Below, in pieces: positions 19,360-29,112 of a DNA stretch of 64,000 nt. Each line of letters starts with the position of its first letter. The stretch's first letter is position 1. The notes under the pieces were generated by a model. It was not told the DNA's origin and made no database searches. It saw only the letters and a list, made by a program, of their open reading frames with translations. The DNA comes from an uncultured Candidatus Saccharibacteria bacterium (GTDB lineage Bacteria > Patescibacteriota > Doudnabacteria > UBA920). Location of the stretch: the NCBI GenBank assembly GCA_964617815.1, contig CAZTXY010000001.1, positions 128 to 64,127 on the forward strand, written 5' to 3'. The position numbers and the translations under genes were made by a program.

Positions 19360-20678
19360 TATGGTTTATCGTTTGGAGATGGTGGTCGTTGAAAGATAAT
19401 TTGCACTAAACTCTTGCCAGAAAGTTGGACTCCTGTTTCTGGGCTAGTCCATTTTGCGGAAATATACCCGCTGACACTTGGACTTTGATTATATGTTGGA
19501 GCGGTAAGCACTCCAGGACTACTAATTGCTCCTATATTACTGTCCGCTGACCAACTACTACTTGAAGTTACGTCTTGCTGAGATCCATCTGAATAGCTAA
19601 CTAAAGCTTTAAAAATTAAAGTTGCACCGGATTTAATATTAGCAGTGTCAGAAAAACTATAAACTGCTAAGCGCTGTGGCACAGCTTGGGGGGAAGGAGT
19701 GCTTACTTGTGGTGTACCAGTATTGGTGCCACCACCTGTTGTTGGCTTTGGCGTTGGTTTTGTAGCTCCAGTCGTTTCTAAAACACCATCTTCAGTCCTT
19801 AGTTCCTCTTGCAACTCCATAACAAACCGATAAACTGGATTGCGACCAATTCTACGTTGTCTTTTAATATCATCGCGGAACCTATCTTGAAAATGCTTAG
19901 CAACAGCTTTTCGATAAGCTCCCTGTTCAGAGTTTTTATCCTTAATGTCTTTTAAAATCAAATTTCGGTTATCGTCTTGACTACGATTATTATTCCACCA
20001 CTCAGAATTTTTTAGATCTTCAGGAACATCAACCACAGCTTCAATTAAAGCTTTAGGATTATCTTTTAAGCGAGCCAAGAGCCCTTCGTCAATCACAATA
20101 TATTTCTTTTCACCAATTAAAGCTGGATCCCCGATTGGGCTTGATGTTTGTGAATCTCTTATCTGCAGGCTAATTTCATGCTCTGAGCCTGCAATAATAG
20201 TTCGATTACCTTCAGCGCTGACACCAAAGGCAGTTCCGCGCACTGTCGCTACAGTATTACTTGTTTTTACGTCCCAAGAAGAACTAGGAGTAGCCAATTC
20301 AAAAACCTTAGACCAAATTCTCCCTGCCTCCAATTTTAGCCCAGTACTTTGCTGGCCTGTACTACTATTATAATTATGATTGTCTATAGTAAAAGTAGTA
20401 TTAGGATCAATACGTGCGACAGAGCCATCTGGATAGTGAATTGTGGCAATGCCTGCGTTATTAGTTTGAAGTACATCACCAATTTCCAACTCATCACCAC
20501 TGGCGATAGTAGCTTTTGGCTCTCGGGTAGTTGCATCAAGCTCAAAGAGACTGTCAGATAAAACTTCTGCCCAAGGCTGGGTAATTGGCTGAGCCTGAGT
20601 CTTACGAGATGACCAAATTCCAAAACTTACAGCCAATAACACTAAGACAACGACACCAATAACTATTTTGAATTTCAT
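19359..20678 (-). CDS. FecR-domain protein with Pro/Thr-rich linker and C-terminal beta domain
   Basis: Signal anchor plus FecR-like segment (TVATVRGTAFGVSAEGNRTIIAGSEHEISL); start overlaps the cyclase stop by 1 nt. Confidence 0.55.
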   Translation of the reverse strand: MKFKIVIGVVVLVLLAVSFGIWSSRKTQAQPITQPWAEVLSDSLFELDATTREPKATIASGDELEIGDVLQTNNAGIATIHYPDGSVARIDPNTTFTIDNHNYNSSTGQQSTGLKLEAGRIWSKVFELATPSSSWDVKTSNTVATVRGTAFGVSAEGNRTIIAGSEHEISLQIRDSQTSSPIGDPALIGEKKYIVIDEGLLARLKDNPKALIEAVVDVPEDLKNSEWWNNNRSQDDNRNLILKDIKDKNSEQGAYRKAVAKHFQDRFRDDIKRQRRIGRNPVYRFVMELQEELRTEDGVLETTGATKPTPKPTTGGGTNTGTPQVSTPSPQAVPQRLAVYSFSDTANIKSGATLIFKALVSYSDGSQQDVTSSSSWSADSNIGAISSPGVLTAPTYNQSPSVSGYISAKWTSPETGVQLSGKSLVQIIFQRPPSPNDKP

Positions 20679-20682
20679 ATAA

Positions 20683-21933
20683 TTATTTAGTTACTTCTTC
20701 TAACGCTTTTTCTAATTGAGGATCTTTTTGTCCAGCAATGTCTTCTTCTGACAAAACAACTTCGATATCAGGAACAAGGCCATCTTTGTGCAAATTTCGG
20801 CCACCTGGAGTAATCCATTTCGCAATGGTCACTTTAACTGCACTACCACCTGGTAAATCTATAAGTTCTTGCACACTACCTTTACCAAAACTTTTTTCAC
20901 CAACTAAAGTCGCTAGCTTGTTGTCTTGCAAAGCTCCAGCCAAAATTTCTGAAGCAGATGCAGATCCGCCATTAATTAAGACAACTGTTTTCATAGAAGT
21001 TAAGCGTCCATAACCAAAAGATTTGTAAGGAGTTTTGTCGCTATCACTTCTAGCTTCACTAACAATTAATCCGTCTTTTGGAACCCAGTTAGAAGCAATA
21101 TCAACTGCTGTTTGTAAATATCCACCAGGATCATTTCGCAAATCCAGCACCAAACCTTGCGCGCCTGAAGCAAGCGCGTCTGTAACAGACCTGTCAAACA
21201 AAGCTTTGGTGTCATCTCCAAAACGAGATAATTTAATTATCGCAATTTTTTTGTTGTTGATAGTTTTAATTTCTGACTTAACACTTTTAACTTCAATGGT
21301 CTGCCGTTTAATTTTAACATCAAAAGTTTTTGTACGACCTTCGCGATAAATAGTTAGCGTGACTTCTGAACCCTTTGGTCCACGAATTTTTTGCACCGCT
21401 TGTTCGACAGACCACTCAGCTGATTGCTGTCCATCTACTGCTACAATGACATCTTTTGCCAAAAGGCCTGCCTTAGCTGAAGGACTGTCATCCAGTGGAG
21501 CAATAATAACTAAATTGTTATTTCGTTTCCCAATCTCTGCGCCAATCCCATCGAAACTGCCTTTAAGGTCAACTTTAAAACTTTCTAACTCTTTGGGGTC
21601 AAAAAACTGTGTGTACTGATCCCCGCTAGCGGCTACCGCTCCGCGAATCGCCCCATAAAGGACTTGTTCTTGATTAATTGGCCTATCAATATAATTATTA
21701 TTGACAACATCAATTGCTTTCCACAGTAAACTGTAGTCAACAGTTTTTGGTTGATCGGCTTGATTGATAATTTTAAAATCTTTAGGTTCAAAAGTATAAC
21801 CTTTGTTACCTGAAACATAACCGGCCCTGAAAGATCCGGCAATTAGAATAAACAAAATAATTGCCACAAGCAAGCGGTGTCTTTTTGGCTTGCTTAACTC
21901 ACCTGACGACTGGTAATTTTCTAAATTTTCCAT
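20683..21933 (-). CDS. ctpA: carboxyl-terminal processing protease (S41 family, with PDZ domain)
   Basis: GLVLDLRNDPGGY, GGSASASEILAGALQD and KSFGKGSVQ S41 motifs. Confidence 0.85.
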   Translation of the reverse strand: MENLENYQSSGELSKPKRHRLLVAIILFILIAGSFRAGYVSGNKGYTFEPKDFKIINQADQPKTVDYSLLWKAIDVVNNNYIDRPINQEQVLYGAIRGAVAASGDQYTQFFDPKELESFKVDLKGSFDGIGAEIGKRNNNLVIIAPLDDSPSAKAGLLAKDVIVAVDGQQSAEWSVEQAVQKIRGPKGSEVTLTIYREGRTKTFDVKIKRQTIEVKSVKSEIKTINNKKIAIIKLSRFGDDTKALFDRSVTDALASGAQGLVLDLRNDPGGYLQTAVDIASNWVPKDGLIVSEARSDSDKTPYKSFGYGRLTSMKTVVLINGGSASASEILAGALQDNKLATLVGEKSFGKGSVQELIDLPGGSAVKVTIAKWITPGGRNLHKDGLVPDIEVVLSEEDIAGQKDPQLEKALEEVTK

Positions 21934-22036
21934 AAAGTAAAATTTTAATAACTATAGATATAATAGCACATTTGCCATGGATTTGAGATAAGACTTTATT
22001 ACTTCCAAGATGGTAATAAAATTATTTTAAAATTTG

Positions 22037-22933
22037 TCATTTACTAACAATCTTTTCAGTTTTGAAAAAATTTATAAACCGCTTTAAATAATACCTTCCC
22101 CAAATGCCGACATAAACTAACCAAGAAAAAGGCTTTGGATATTTGTGATATAAATGTTTTTTGTAGAAAATCCACATAGCGTCGTGAAATGCATACAAAG
22201 CATAGGGATTTTGCCTAGAGGACTGTCCTTTATAATGAATAGTAGTTGTTTTTGGATAATACCAAACTTTAAAACCAGCCTCTTTGGCCCTAAAACACCA
22301 GTCCAAATCCTCTCCATACATATAGAAACCTTCATCGAGCAGGCCTATCTTCTCATAGCAAGCTGGGCTTACAAATAAAAACGCTCCCGAGCCAGAATCT
22401 GTTTCAGTTTCTTCATCAATGGATTTATAAGTTAAATTATACGCGGCAAGTTTCTTATTCTTAGGAAACAATTTTGAAAGTCCAGACAATCTAAAAAATG
22501 ACACCCAAGGATCAGGAAAACTGCGGCGACAAGCTAAATCCAAAGTGCCATCTCCTTTGACCATCTTGCAAGTGCTAATACCTACATCTGGTCTGGAGTC
22601 CATAAAATCTACCATGGCTTGCAGAGTATCAGGAGAAACTTTAGTGTCAGGGTTTAACAATAACTTGTATTTACCAACGGATAATTTTAGACCTTGATTA
22701 TTGGCTTTGGGAAAACCAACATTTTCAGTATTAGGAACATACGTTGTCTTAGATGCAAGCTCAGGTTTAGATAAATATTTTGTCCTGATTAAATCTTCGG
22801 TCCCACTGCTCGGCAAATTATCAACAACTATAACTTCATAGTCAAAATTAACCACTGAAGCATAAACAGCGTCGAGCGTTACTTCAACTTTTTCTTTAGC
22901 CTTATAAGGGACAATGATTATTGATAATTTCAT
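22037..22933 (-). CDS. glycosyltransferase family 2
   Basis: N-terminal SIIIVPYKAKEKV...YEVIVVDN GT2 (GT-A) fold. Confidence 0.75.
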   Translation of the reverse strand: MKLSIIIVPYKAKEKVEVTLDAVYASVVNFDYEVIVVDNLPSSGTEDLIRTKYLSKPELASKTTYVPNTENVGFPKANNQGLKLSVGKYKLLLNPDTKVSPDTLQAMVDFMDSRPDVGISTCKMVKGDGTLDLACRRSFPDPWVSFFRLSGLSKLFPKNKKLAAYNLTYKSIDEETETDSGSGAFLFVSPACYEKIGLLDEGFYMYGEDLDWCFRAKEAGFKVWYYPKTTTIHYKGQSSRQNPYALYAFHDAMWIFYKKHLYHKYPKPFSWLVYVGIWGRYYLKRFINFFKTEKIVSK

Positions 22934-22937
22934 AAAA

Positions 22938-23936
22938 TTAACTTAATAGTTTTTCAAATTCTTCAATAGCAATCTTTCGGTTAGCTTGAATATATTTTCT
23001 TTTTTTCCAAATTAATGGAAGTTGCTTAAAAAATGTTGGTAAAATTGACAATGTTTTAATCTCGAAAATTAAAATAAATCCTAGCATAAACAATTCACGA
23101 ATAAAAAACTGTGTGTACCATTTTGGTGAATTTTTTATAAATAAGAAAATATGGTTTTTAAAATTGTTTTTTCGAATCCACGGAGCCAGTTTATTATGAT
23201 GTTTAACAAATGCAAAAATCTTTTTATATCCTCCAACGCTCGAGCTCGCTGTTCTGCCATGGTAGCAAATTGCGCTTGGAACAAATTGACATTTATAGCC
23301 TGCGTTTATAAAACGCATTGAAATATCACTGTCATCCCAGTACATATCAAAATCTTCATCAAAATACTCGAAACTGCCATCAGCCCTTTTATATTTTATG
23401 TCCTCAAGGGCCGTCTTGCGAAACATCGGAGATGCCCCATCTACCGCCAGCAAATTAACCTGATCATCAAATTGACCAGTATCCACTTGATGTTGTCCCC
23501 GACTACGGCCACTACCACTCTTGCTATATATAATTCCAGTACTGTCTAAACGTTTCGTTCTTTCATCTGTAGCAAAGTTGTATTGATAAATTTTTCCCTG
23601 AGAAGCCGCAACTTTTGGATCTGCAAAAACCTTTACCATTTCTTCGACATAATTTGGCTCAAGCCATAAGTCGTTATTAACCAGCTGAAAAAAGTCTGCT
23701 TCAATAGTTCGGAAAACCATATTACAACCGCGGACAAACTTTAAATTTTCTCCAGGATCAATAACTTTTACCGTTGGGAAATGTTTTTGAATATACTCTT
23801 TACTTCCATCATTATCTCCATTAATTACAACCACCACTTCAGTATCTGGATAAGTTTGATTAACCATGCTCCCAATAGACTTGGGAATATAGCGCATTGC
23901 GTTATAAACCATTTGAACTAAAACAACCTTAGGCAT
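22938..23936 (-). CDS. glycosyltransferase family 2
   Basis: GT2 N-terminal DxD-type motifs (VVVVINGDNDGS). Confidence 0.7.
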   Translation of the reverse strand: MPKVVLVQMVYNAMRYIPKSIGSMVNQTYPDTEVVVVINGDNDGSKEYIQKHFPTVKVIDPGENLKFVRGCNMVFRTIEADFFQLVNNDLWLEPNYVEEMVKVFADPKVAASQGKIYQYNFATDERTKRLDSTGIIYSKSGSGRSRGQHQVDTGQFDDQVNLLAVDGASPMFRKTALEDIKYKRADGSFEYFDEDFDMYWDDSDISMRFINAGYKCQFVPSAICYHGRTASSSVGGYKKIFAFVKHHNKLAPWIRKNNFKNHIFLFIKNSPKWYTQFFIRELFMLGFILIFEIKTLSILPTFFKQLPLIWKKRKYIQANRKIAIEEFEKLLS

Positions 23937-25548
23937 CTGGAGTCCTTTCCGAGACTAAATTTTGATAGTTACGCATAATTATTCCTTGAAGAGCTAAACC
24001 AATTAAAAAGTAGCTAAATACTCTGTCATTAAAAATAGTTACATCAAAAAAACTATAACCTGCAATCCAAATATTTGTAAAGAGTATGCTAGCAATAAAA
24101 AATAGATAAAAGTTATTATCAAACCGATGTTTCCATAAAAATTTTCCAACGAATATCAAATAATGACTAAGTCCGACCAATAAAATTAGCAACCCTACAA
24201 AACCAAGTTCAACTAAAATACTCAGATATAAACTATGTGCGCTCACAAATTTCTGCGGTAAATTATAACGTAAGTTTTTTTGGCTTGCAACGTCTTCAAA
24301 ACTCATTTCAGAACTCACATCCTTTACCAGTGTTACCACAAAATTCCCATACCCTACACCTAACGGATGTATTAACGAATATTTTAAACTATCACGCCAA
24401 ATAATTAATCGTCCAACATTTGAGTGCTCTTCCAGGTCGTAAATTGACCGTGCACGGTCAAGAAAATTTTCTTCAAAACTGCTAACTCGAAGCCAGTTCA
24501 GTCCTTGGTTAATAAGTGGAGAAGCTGCAAAAAATAATATAATCATTAAAAATGACAGTATTAATTTACGCATTACAGGTCTCATTACATTTGCAAAATA
24601 TGCCACAACTGAAAGTCCCATCGCTGGCAACATTCCCACCCAAAGCCCACGTGTACCGGACAAAATAATTGCCAAACCAGAAAAACGGACCAAATCCCAA
24701 ACATACATATTTTTGGAAGTCAATATTTCGCGCCAACTTTTCCCTTGTCTCCATAGCGAAGGGTATAAATACAAAAATGGCAATAAAAAAGCGATAAAAA
24801 ATACAGCGACCAAACCAAAAGAATGAGAATCAGGCATAATGCTAAACATGCGCAAGCTTTGAGTGTCGCCTGTATAAGTAAACCACGAGTTAGAGTACGC
24901 TAAAATATTCGAAAGCCCTAAACCGTAGTAAGCCTTAGAAATTAAAAGCGACCAGTATTGCCAAAAATAATATGGTGTCGTAAAAAAAGTAGCCGCAAAT
25001 TGAACATAACCAAGCAAAACAATTATCCCAGTTGAAATTGCAGCATATTTTACCAAGTTTACTATCTGCGCTTTGGTTTTAAGACTGTGTGATACAACAA
25101 CATAGAGCAAATATAAGTTTACTAAAAACAAAGTTTGCTTGATTGACTGTATTGGAAATCTGGCAAACAATCCTGAAAATCCTGCTAAAAGTAAACATGC
25201 TACTATATATGCGTCCCAAACAAAAAATGTCTCACGCCATTTTGACCAAAAACTTTTGTAATTTTTTAATAAAAAAACTACAAATAACCAGGCATAAAGA
25301 ACTCGCAAACTTGTTAGTGTCTCGAAATATGGATTTGGAACAATAATATAAAAAGGTAATGACGCTACCAAAAGCAAAGTACTTTCAAAACTATCAAAAT
25401 TAATAATAAAAATTGCGCATAAAGCCACAGAAATAAAAACCACAGATCCAGGCCAGACCCCAATTGAAATTAAATAAACAGAAATTATCTGCCACAAAAC
25501 TAACAGCCAAATAATTGTTTTAGGTTTTGAGTTTAACAAATACTGCAT
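23929..25548 (-). CDS. O-antigen ligase/polymerase-like (Wzy/WaaL family) polytopic membrane protein
   Basis: 539 aa, at least 10 TM helices with a large loop; 8-nt overlap with the upstream GT2 gene. Confidence 0.5.
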   Translation of the reverse strand: MQYLLNSKPKTIIWLLVLWQIISVYLISIGVWPGSVVFISVALCAIFIINFDSFESTLLLVASLPFYIIVPNPYFETLTSLRVLYAWLFVVFLLKNYKSFWSKWRETFFVWDAYIVACLLLAGFSGLFARFPIQSIKQTLFLVNLYLLYVVVSHSLKTKAQIVNLVKYAAISTGIIVLLGYVQFAATFFTTPYYFWQYWSLLISKAYYGLGLSNILAYSNSWFTYTGDTQSLRMFSIMPDSHSFGLVAVFFIAFLLPFLYLYPSLWRQGKSWREILTSKNMYVWDLVRFSGLAIILSGTRGLWVGMLPAMGLSVVAYFANVMRPVMRKLILSFLMIILFFAASPLINQGLNWLRVSSFEENFLDRARSIYDLEEHSNVGRLIIWRDSLKYSLIHPLGVGYGNFVVTLVKDVSSEMSFEDVASQKNLRYNLPQKFVSAHSLYLSILVELGFVGLLILLVGLSHYLIFVGKFLWKHRFDNNFYLFFIASILFTNIWIAGYSFFDVTIFNDRVFSYFLIGLALQGIIMRNYQNLVSERTPDA

Positions 25549-25557
25549 TGATAAAAA

Positions 25558-26637
25558 TTAAGATTGAAAAACGGACAAAGTCTCTTTGGCGCACTTATCC
25601 CAACCAAAAAGAGATAGTCGTGCTGTCCCCTGACTAATTAGTCTATCGGACAAGGACTTATCGAATAAAATTTTAGAAATTGCTGATTTGATTTCTGAAA
25701 CTCTTACAGGGTTAAAATATACTGCGGCCTCTCCAGCAACTTCTGGCATGCTCGAAATATTCGAGGTGGCCACCGGCACACCAGAGGCAAATGCTTCGAG
25801 GATAGGAATGCCAAATCCTTCATACAAACTTGGAAAGACAAACAGCCTAGCTTTTTTCATAACCATATACCGCTCATCATCTGAAACATGGTTTAAATAA
25901 ATAACAAAATTTTTGTTATTTTCAATTTGTTTTAATATTGATTCAAATTTCCAACCCGGCTTACCTACTACCACCAATTTATAGTGAGCTAACTCTGGAT
26001 ATTCTAAAACTAACTCCTTCATCGCCTGAATCAAAGTTGATAAATTCTTTCGCGGCTGAAGCGTTGATAAAAACAACACATATTGATCAGGGAGCTCTAA
26101 CTGACTGAGCGCATTCATTTGTAGCGGCGGCTGATCAAAACCATGGTGCACAACAATAATCCGTTCTGGGGGGACATTCCAAAATTTCAGGAAATCTTGC
26201 TTAGTACTTTCTGAAACTGCAATAATTTTCCACGCAAATTTGGCAACCAACCAATCTTCAAATTTATGAAAAGTTCGCGCAAACAAAGTGTAAGTTTCAG
26301 GAAAATGCATAAAGGCAAGGTCATGAACCGTCACAACGGTTTTTTTGGGGTGAATTATGGGCATAGAAGAAGCAGGAATAAACAGTAAGTCTACTGGACT
26401 AAATAACATTTCTACTGACAGTCTTACTTGTGTCCAAAAAATTGGAAAAGGCATAACTTTGAGGCGAAAGTTTTTAGGCAAATTCAATAACCAAGCCTCT
26501 GGTTTGGTCCGAAGATACAATATGTATTGATTTTGTAAATCTATTGTGGATAAATGCAAGATTAACTGCTTTGCATAATGCTCCACACCAGTTTTTTGAG
26601 TGCTATTTGCACGTTCAGCCTCTATCCCAATAACCAT
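25558..26637 (-). CDS. glycosyltransferase family 4 (GT-B)
   Basis: C-terminal EGFGIPILEAFASGVPV motif. Confidence 0.8.
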   Translation of the reverse strand: MVIGIEAERANSTQKTGVEHYAKQLILHLSTIDLQNQYILYLRTKPEAWLLNLPKNFRLKVMPFPIFWTQVRLSVEMLFSPVDLLFIPASSMPIIHPKKTVVTVHDLAFMHFPETYTLFARTFHKFEDWLVAKFAWKIIAVSESTKQDFLKFWNVPPERIIVVHHGFDQPPLQMNALSQLELPDQYVLFLSTLQPRKNLSTLIQAMKELVLEYPELAHYKLVVVGKPGWKFESILKQIENNKNFVIYLNHVSDDERYMVMKKARLFVFPSLYEGFGIPILEAFASGVPVATSNISSMPEVAGEAAVYFNPVRVSEIKSAISKILFDKSLSDRLISQGTARLSLFGWDKCAKETLSVFQS

Positions 26638-26706
26638 ATATTCATTGTAACATAGCAGAGCCCGTCGTGCATTTTGCCATATAAACCAAATTAGTTTCTA
26701 TTTCTA

Positions 26707-27234
26707 CTACTCAATAATACCTAATGCATAGGCTCTCATTTGCTGTTCCATTTTTTTTATATCCAAAAATTCAGCGCCCATTAATTGCTTAAATTGCTTT
26801 CCATGACCAGCTACTTTTAAATGACATAGTTCATGGTACAAAATATACCAAATCAAACCTTCTGGTAAATTCTGAATGTGGGCATTAAGAGTAACCACAC
26901 CACCGCTCGTACAACTCCCCCAACGTGAGCGCATTTTTCTAAAACGAATCTGCTTTGGTTTTACTCCTAATTTTTCAAAACCTTTTTCTAAAAAACCTTT
27001 TATTAATTCATGCAACTCCACTTGAGTTCTTTGATACTTCACTCCAGCATTATAAATGCTCTTTAGTATTTCTAAATGTTTCTGTTTTTTTTCAATCCAC
27101 GCCTTGTGACGCTCAATAAATGAAGGGATATCGAAGCTTCGCTTAAGTGGAACAACTATAAATAAAGAATCGCGCCTGAATTCCAGACGCGCCCTTTTAA
27201 CATTTCTTTTCTCAATTGTATATTCCAAAGCCAT
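26707..27234 (-). CDS. YgjP-like metal-dependent hydrolase (DUF45, SprT-like HExxH)
   Basis: HELCHL zinc motif; 175 aa. Confidence 0.6.
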   Translation of the reverse strand: MALEYTIEKRNVKRARLEFRRDSLFIVVPLKRSFDIPSFIERHKAWIEKKQKHLEILKSIYNAGVKYQRTQVELHELIKGFLEKGFEKLGVKPKQIRFRKMRSRWGSCTSGGVVTLNAHIQNLPEGLIWYILYHELCHLKVAGHGKQFKQLMGAEFLDIKKMEQQMRAYALGIIE

Positions 27235-27240
27235 TGGCGC

Positions 27241-27591
27241 CTAAGCTTTTTTAAACCTCACGCTAAAAACTGGTTGGTATCGATTATTATCGCCATCAAC
27301 AATTTCCACAGTCTCACCACTAACTAATTTATTAAAAGCCACGTCACTGAGTAATTCCATGTCAGTTTTTACATGCATTTTATATGCATCAAGCGCTTTA
27401 AAATTTCCAGCATTGTTATCTTTGATATCTGTTTCAATTTGTTTCTTACGCAATTTTAACTCCTCCAGTTTTTCTAGTAAATTCTGATACTCGGAGGAGC
27501 TTTCAAGCTCATCTTTATACATTTTTCTTAATTCTTTTTGTTTTTGTTTTGTCTCACGGATTCGATCAAAAATTTCTTTAATATCTTGCAT
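27241..27591 (-). CDS. hypothetical coiled-coil protein
   Basis: 116 aa, K/E-rich heptad region then a small C-terminal domain. Confidence 0.3.
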   Translation of the reverse strand: MQDIKEIFDRIRETKQKQKELRKMYKDELESSSEYQNLLEKLEELKLRKKQIETDIKDNNAGNFKALDAYKMHVKTDMELLSDVAFNKLVSGETVEIVDGDNNRYQPVFSVRFKKA

Positions 27592-27633
27592 GAACTATAT
27601 TTAAGGCTTATAAGATCTTTAAATTATACCATA

Positions 27634-27912
27634 TTAAATTTCACTCTCTTTTTTCCAGCGCTTTAAATTAGGAATTAAAGCATAGCTAAACTCTCGAGAC
27701 TTTTCATCATCAATCTTCATTTTTTTTGTCATAAACTCAAAATTGCGAGCAATCATAAGTTCAACAGTTAATTCTGGCTCAACAAACACTCCATCAGCAT
27801 AACAAAACCGGCAATAATCTCGATTAGTGCTTCCGTCCTGCTCAGTACCCCAAAACCAATCTTCTAAGGGGACACCGCAACTTTGACATCTAATTTTTTG
27901 TGGTTGTTCCAT
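27634..27912 (-). CDS. zinc-ribbon domain protein
   Basis: CQSCG ... CRFC four-Cys arrangement; 92 aa. Confidence 0.4.
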   Translation of the reverse strand: MEQPQKIRCQSCGVPLEDWFWGTEQDGSTNRDYCRFCYADGVFVEPELTVELMIARNFEFMTKKMKIDDEKSREFSYALIPNLKRWKKESEI

Positions 27913-27932
27913 AATTTAAATCTCAATAATTA

Positions 27933-28253
27933 CTATCTTAGTTTGACTAATTTCTGCTTAATGTCAAGCGCCCAAGCACGCCCCTCGTCTCCTCCCCACA
28001 ACAACCAAGCAATATAACCATTTGAGGGATGCAAATCATTTCCAAAATCTTTAGCGCGCTTATCCACTTCATGGCGCGCAAAATATGAAACCATGCGCAT
28101 AATTATTTCTGGACTTAAAGTTTTTCTGTTTTTTAATTGCTGACCACGACCAAAACCAATCTCGGTTCCCCCACGATTATATTTTGCCCGAAATACAAGC
28201 CCTTTTGCTGCAGCTTTAGCCACAGCTATTGGAGGTTTTAAATTTATTTTCAT
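27933..28253 (-). CDS. hypothetical protein
   Basis: 106 aa ORF in an operon-like array with the neighbouring small genes. Confidence 0.3.
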   Translation of the reverse strand: MKINLKPPIAVAKAAAKGLVFRAKYNRGGTEIGFGRGQQLKNRKTLSPEIIMRMVSYFARHEVDKRAKDFGNDLHPSNGYIAWLLWGGDEGRAWALDIKQKLVKLR

Positions 28254-28793
28254 TTATATTAATAAACTTGCAAACTTTTTTCTAAACTTTTCTAACTTCG
28301 GATTAATTATAACCTGACAATATGGTTTATCGCCATTTCTGTTGAAATAATTTTGATGATAATCCTCAGCTGGATAAAACTTTACCAGTGGTTCAATAGT
28401 CGTGACAACTTTCGCTTCAAAAATTTTATCATTATTGAGTTTTTGCAAAAACTTTTGAGCTTCCTGCTTTTGAATATCACTGCCATAAAAAATTACCGAG
28501 CGATACTGTGTACCCACATCATTACCCTGCCTATTTAGCGTAGTCGGGTCGTGGGTTGCAAAAAAAACTTCAAGCAAATCCTGAAACGAAATTTGCTCTG
28601 GATCATATTCAAACTTAATTACTTCAGCATGTCCCGTATTACCCAAGCTAACTTGTTCGTAAGTTGGATTATCTAGTTGGCCCCCAGCATAGCCAGAAGT
28701 CACGCTTAACACTCCCCGCAATTGCTGGAATACGGCCTCCGTACACCAAAAGCATCCTCCACCAAATATCGCTGTGTCTAATTTGATTTCCAT
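28254..28793 (-). CDS. msrA: peptide methionine sulfoxide reductase A
   Basis: GGGCFWCTEAVF active-site motif. Confidence 0.9.
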   Translation of the reverse strand: MEIKLDTAIFGGGCFWCTEAVFQQLRGVLSVTSGYAGGQLDNPTYEQVSLGNTGHAEVIKFEYDPEQISFQDLLEVFFATHDPTTLNRQGNDVGTQYRSVIFYGSDIQKQEAQKFLQKLNNDKIFEAKVVTTIEPLVKFYPAEDYHQNYFNRNGDKPYCQVIINPKLEKFRKKFASLLI

Positions 28794-28797
28794 ATTC

Positions 28798-29112
28798 TTA
28801 TTTTAGCTTATATCTGTACTTTTCGATATCCACAAGAAAGTCTGCCCCCACAAAGACCCCATCTTTCTGGAGTAACTCTCTTTGTAACTCTTTTGTAACT
28901 TCCCAATTTCCTTTAATACTAATTTGCCCTTTATTATTAATCACGCGCCACCAAGGAACGTTTGAGCCTTGCCCAAGAGCGCGTAATATCCCTCCAACCT
29001 GCCTGCTAGCTCTAGGACTGCCGGCATTTGCTGCGACCTGGCCATAACTAACCACAGCACCCTTTGGCACCGACTTTACAAATACTATGACTCTATCCTT
29101 AAAATCACTCAC
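28798..29112 (-). CDS. alkyltransferase-like (ATL) protein: MGMT DNA-binding domain without the active-site Cys
   Basis: VVSYGQVA...PWWRVIN, where Trp replaces the Cys of the PCHRV motif. Confidence 0.65.
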   Translation of the reverse strand: MSDFKDRVIVFVKSVPKGAVVSYGQVAANAGSPRASRQVGGILRALGQGSNVPWWRVINNKGQISIKGNWEVTKELQRELLQKDGVFVGADFLVDIEKYRYKLK

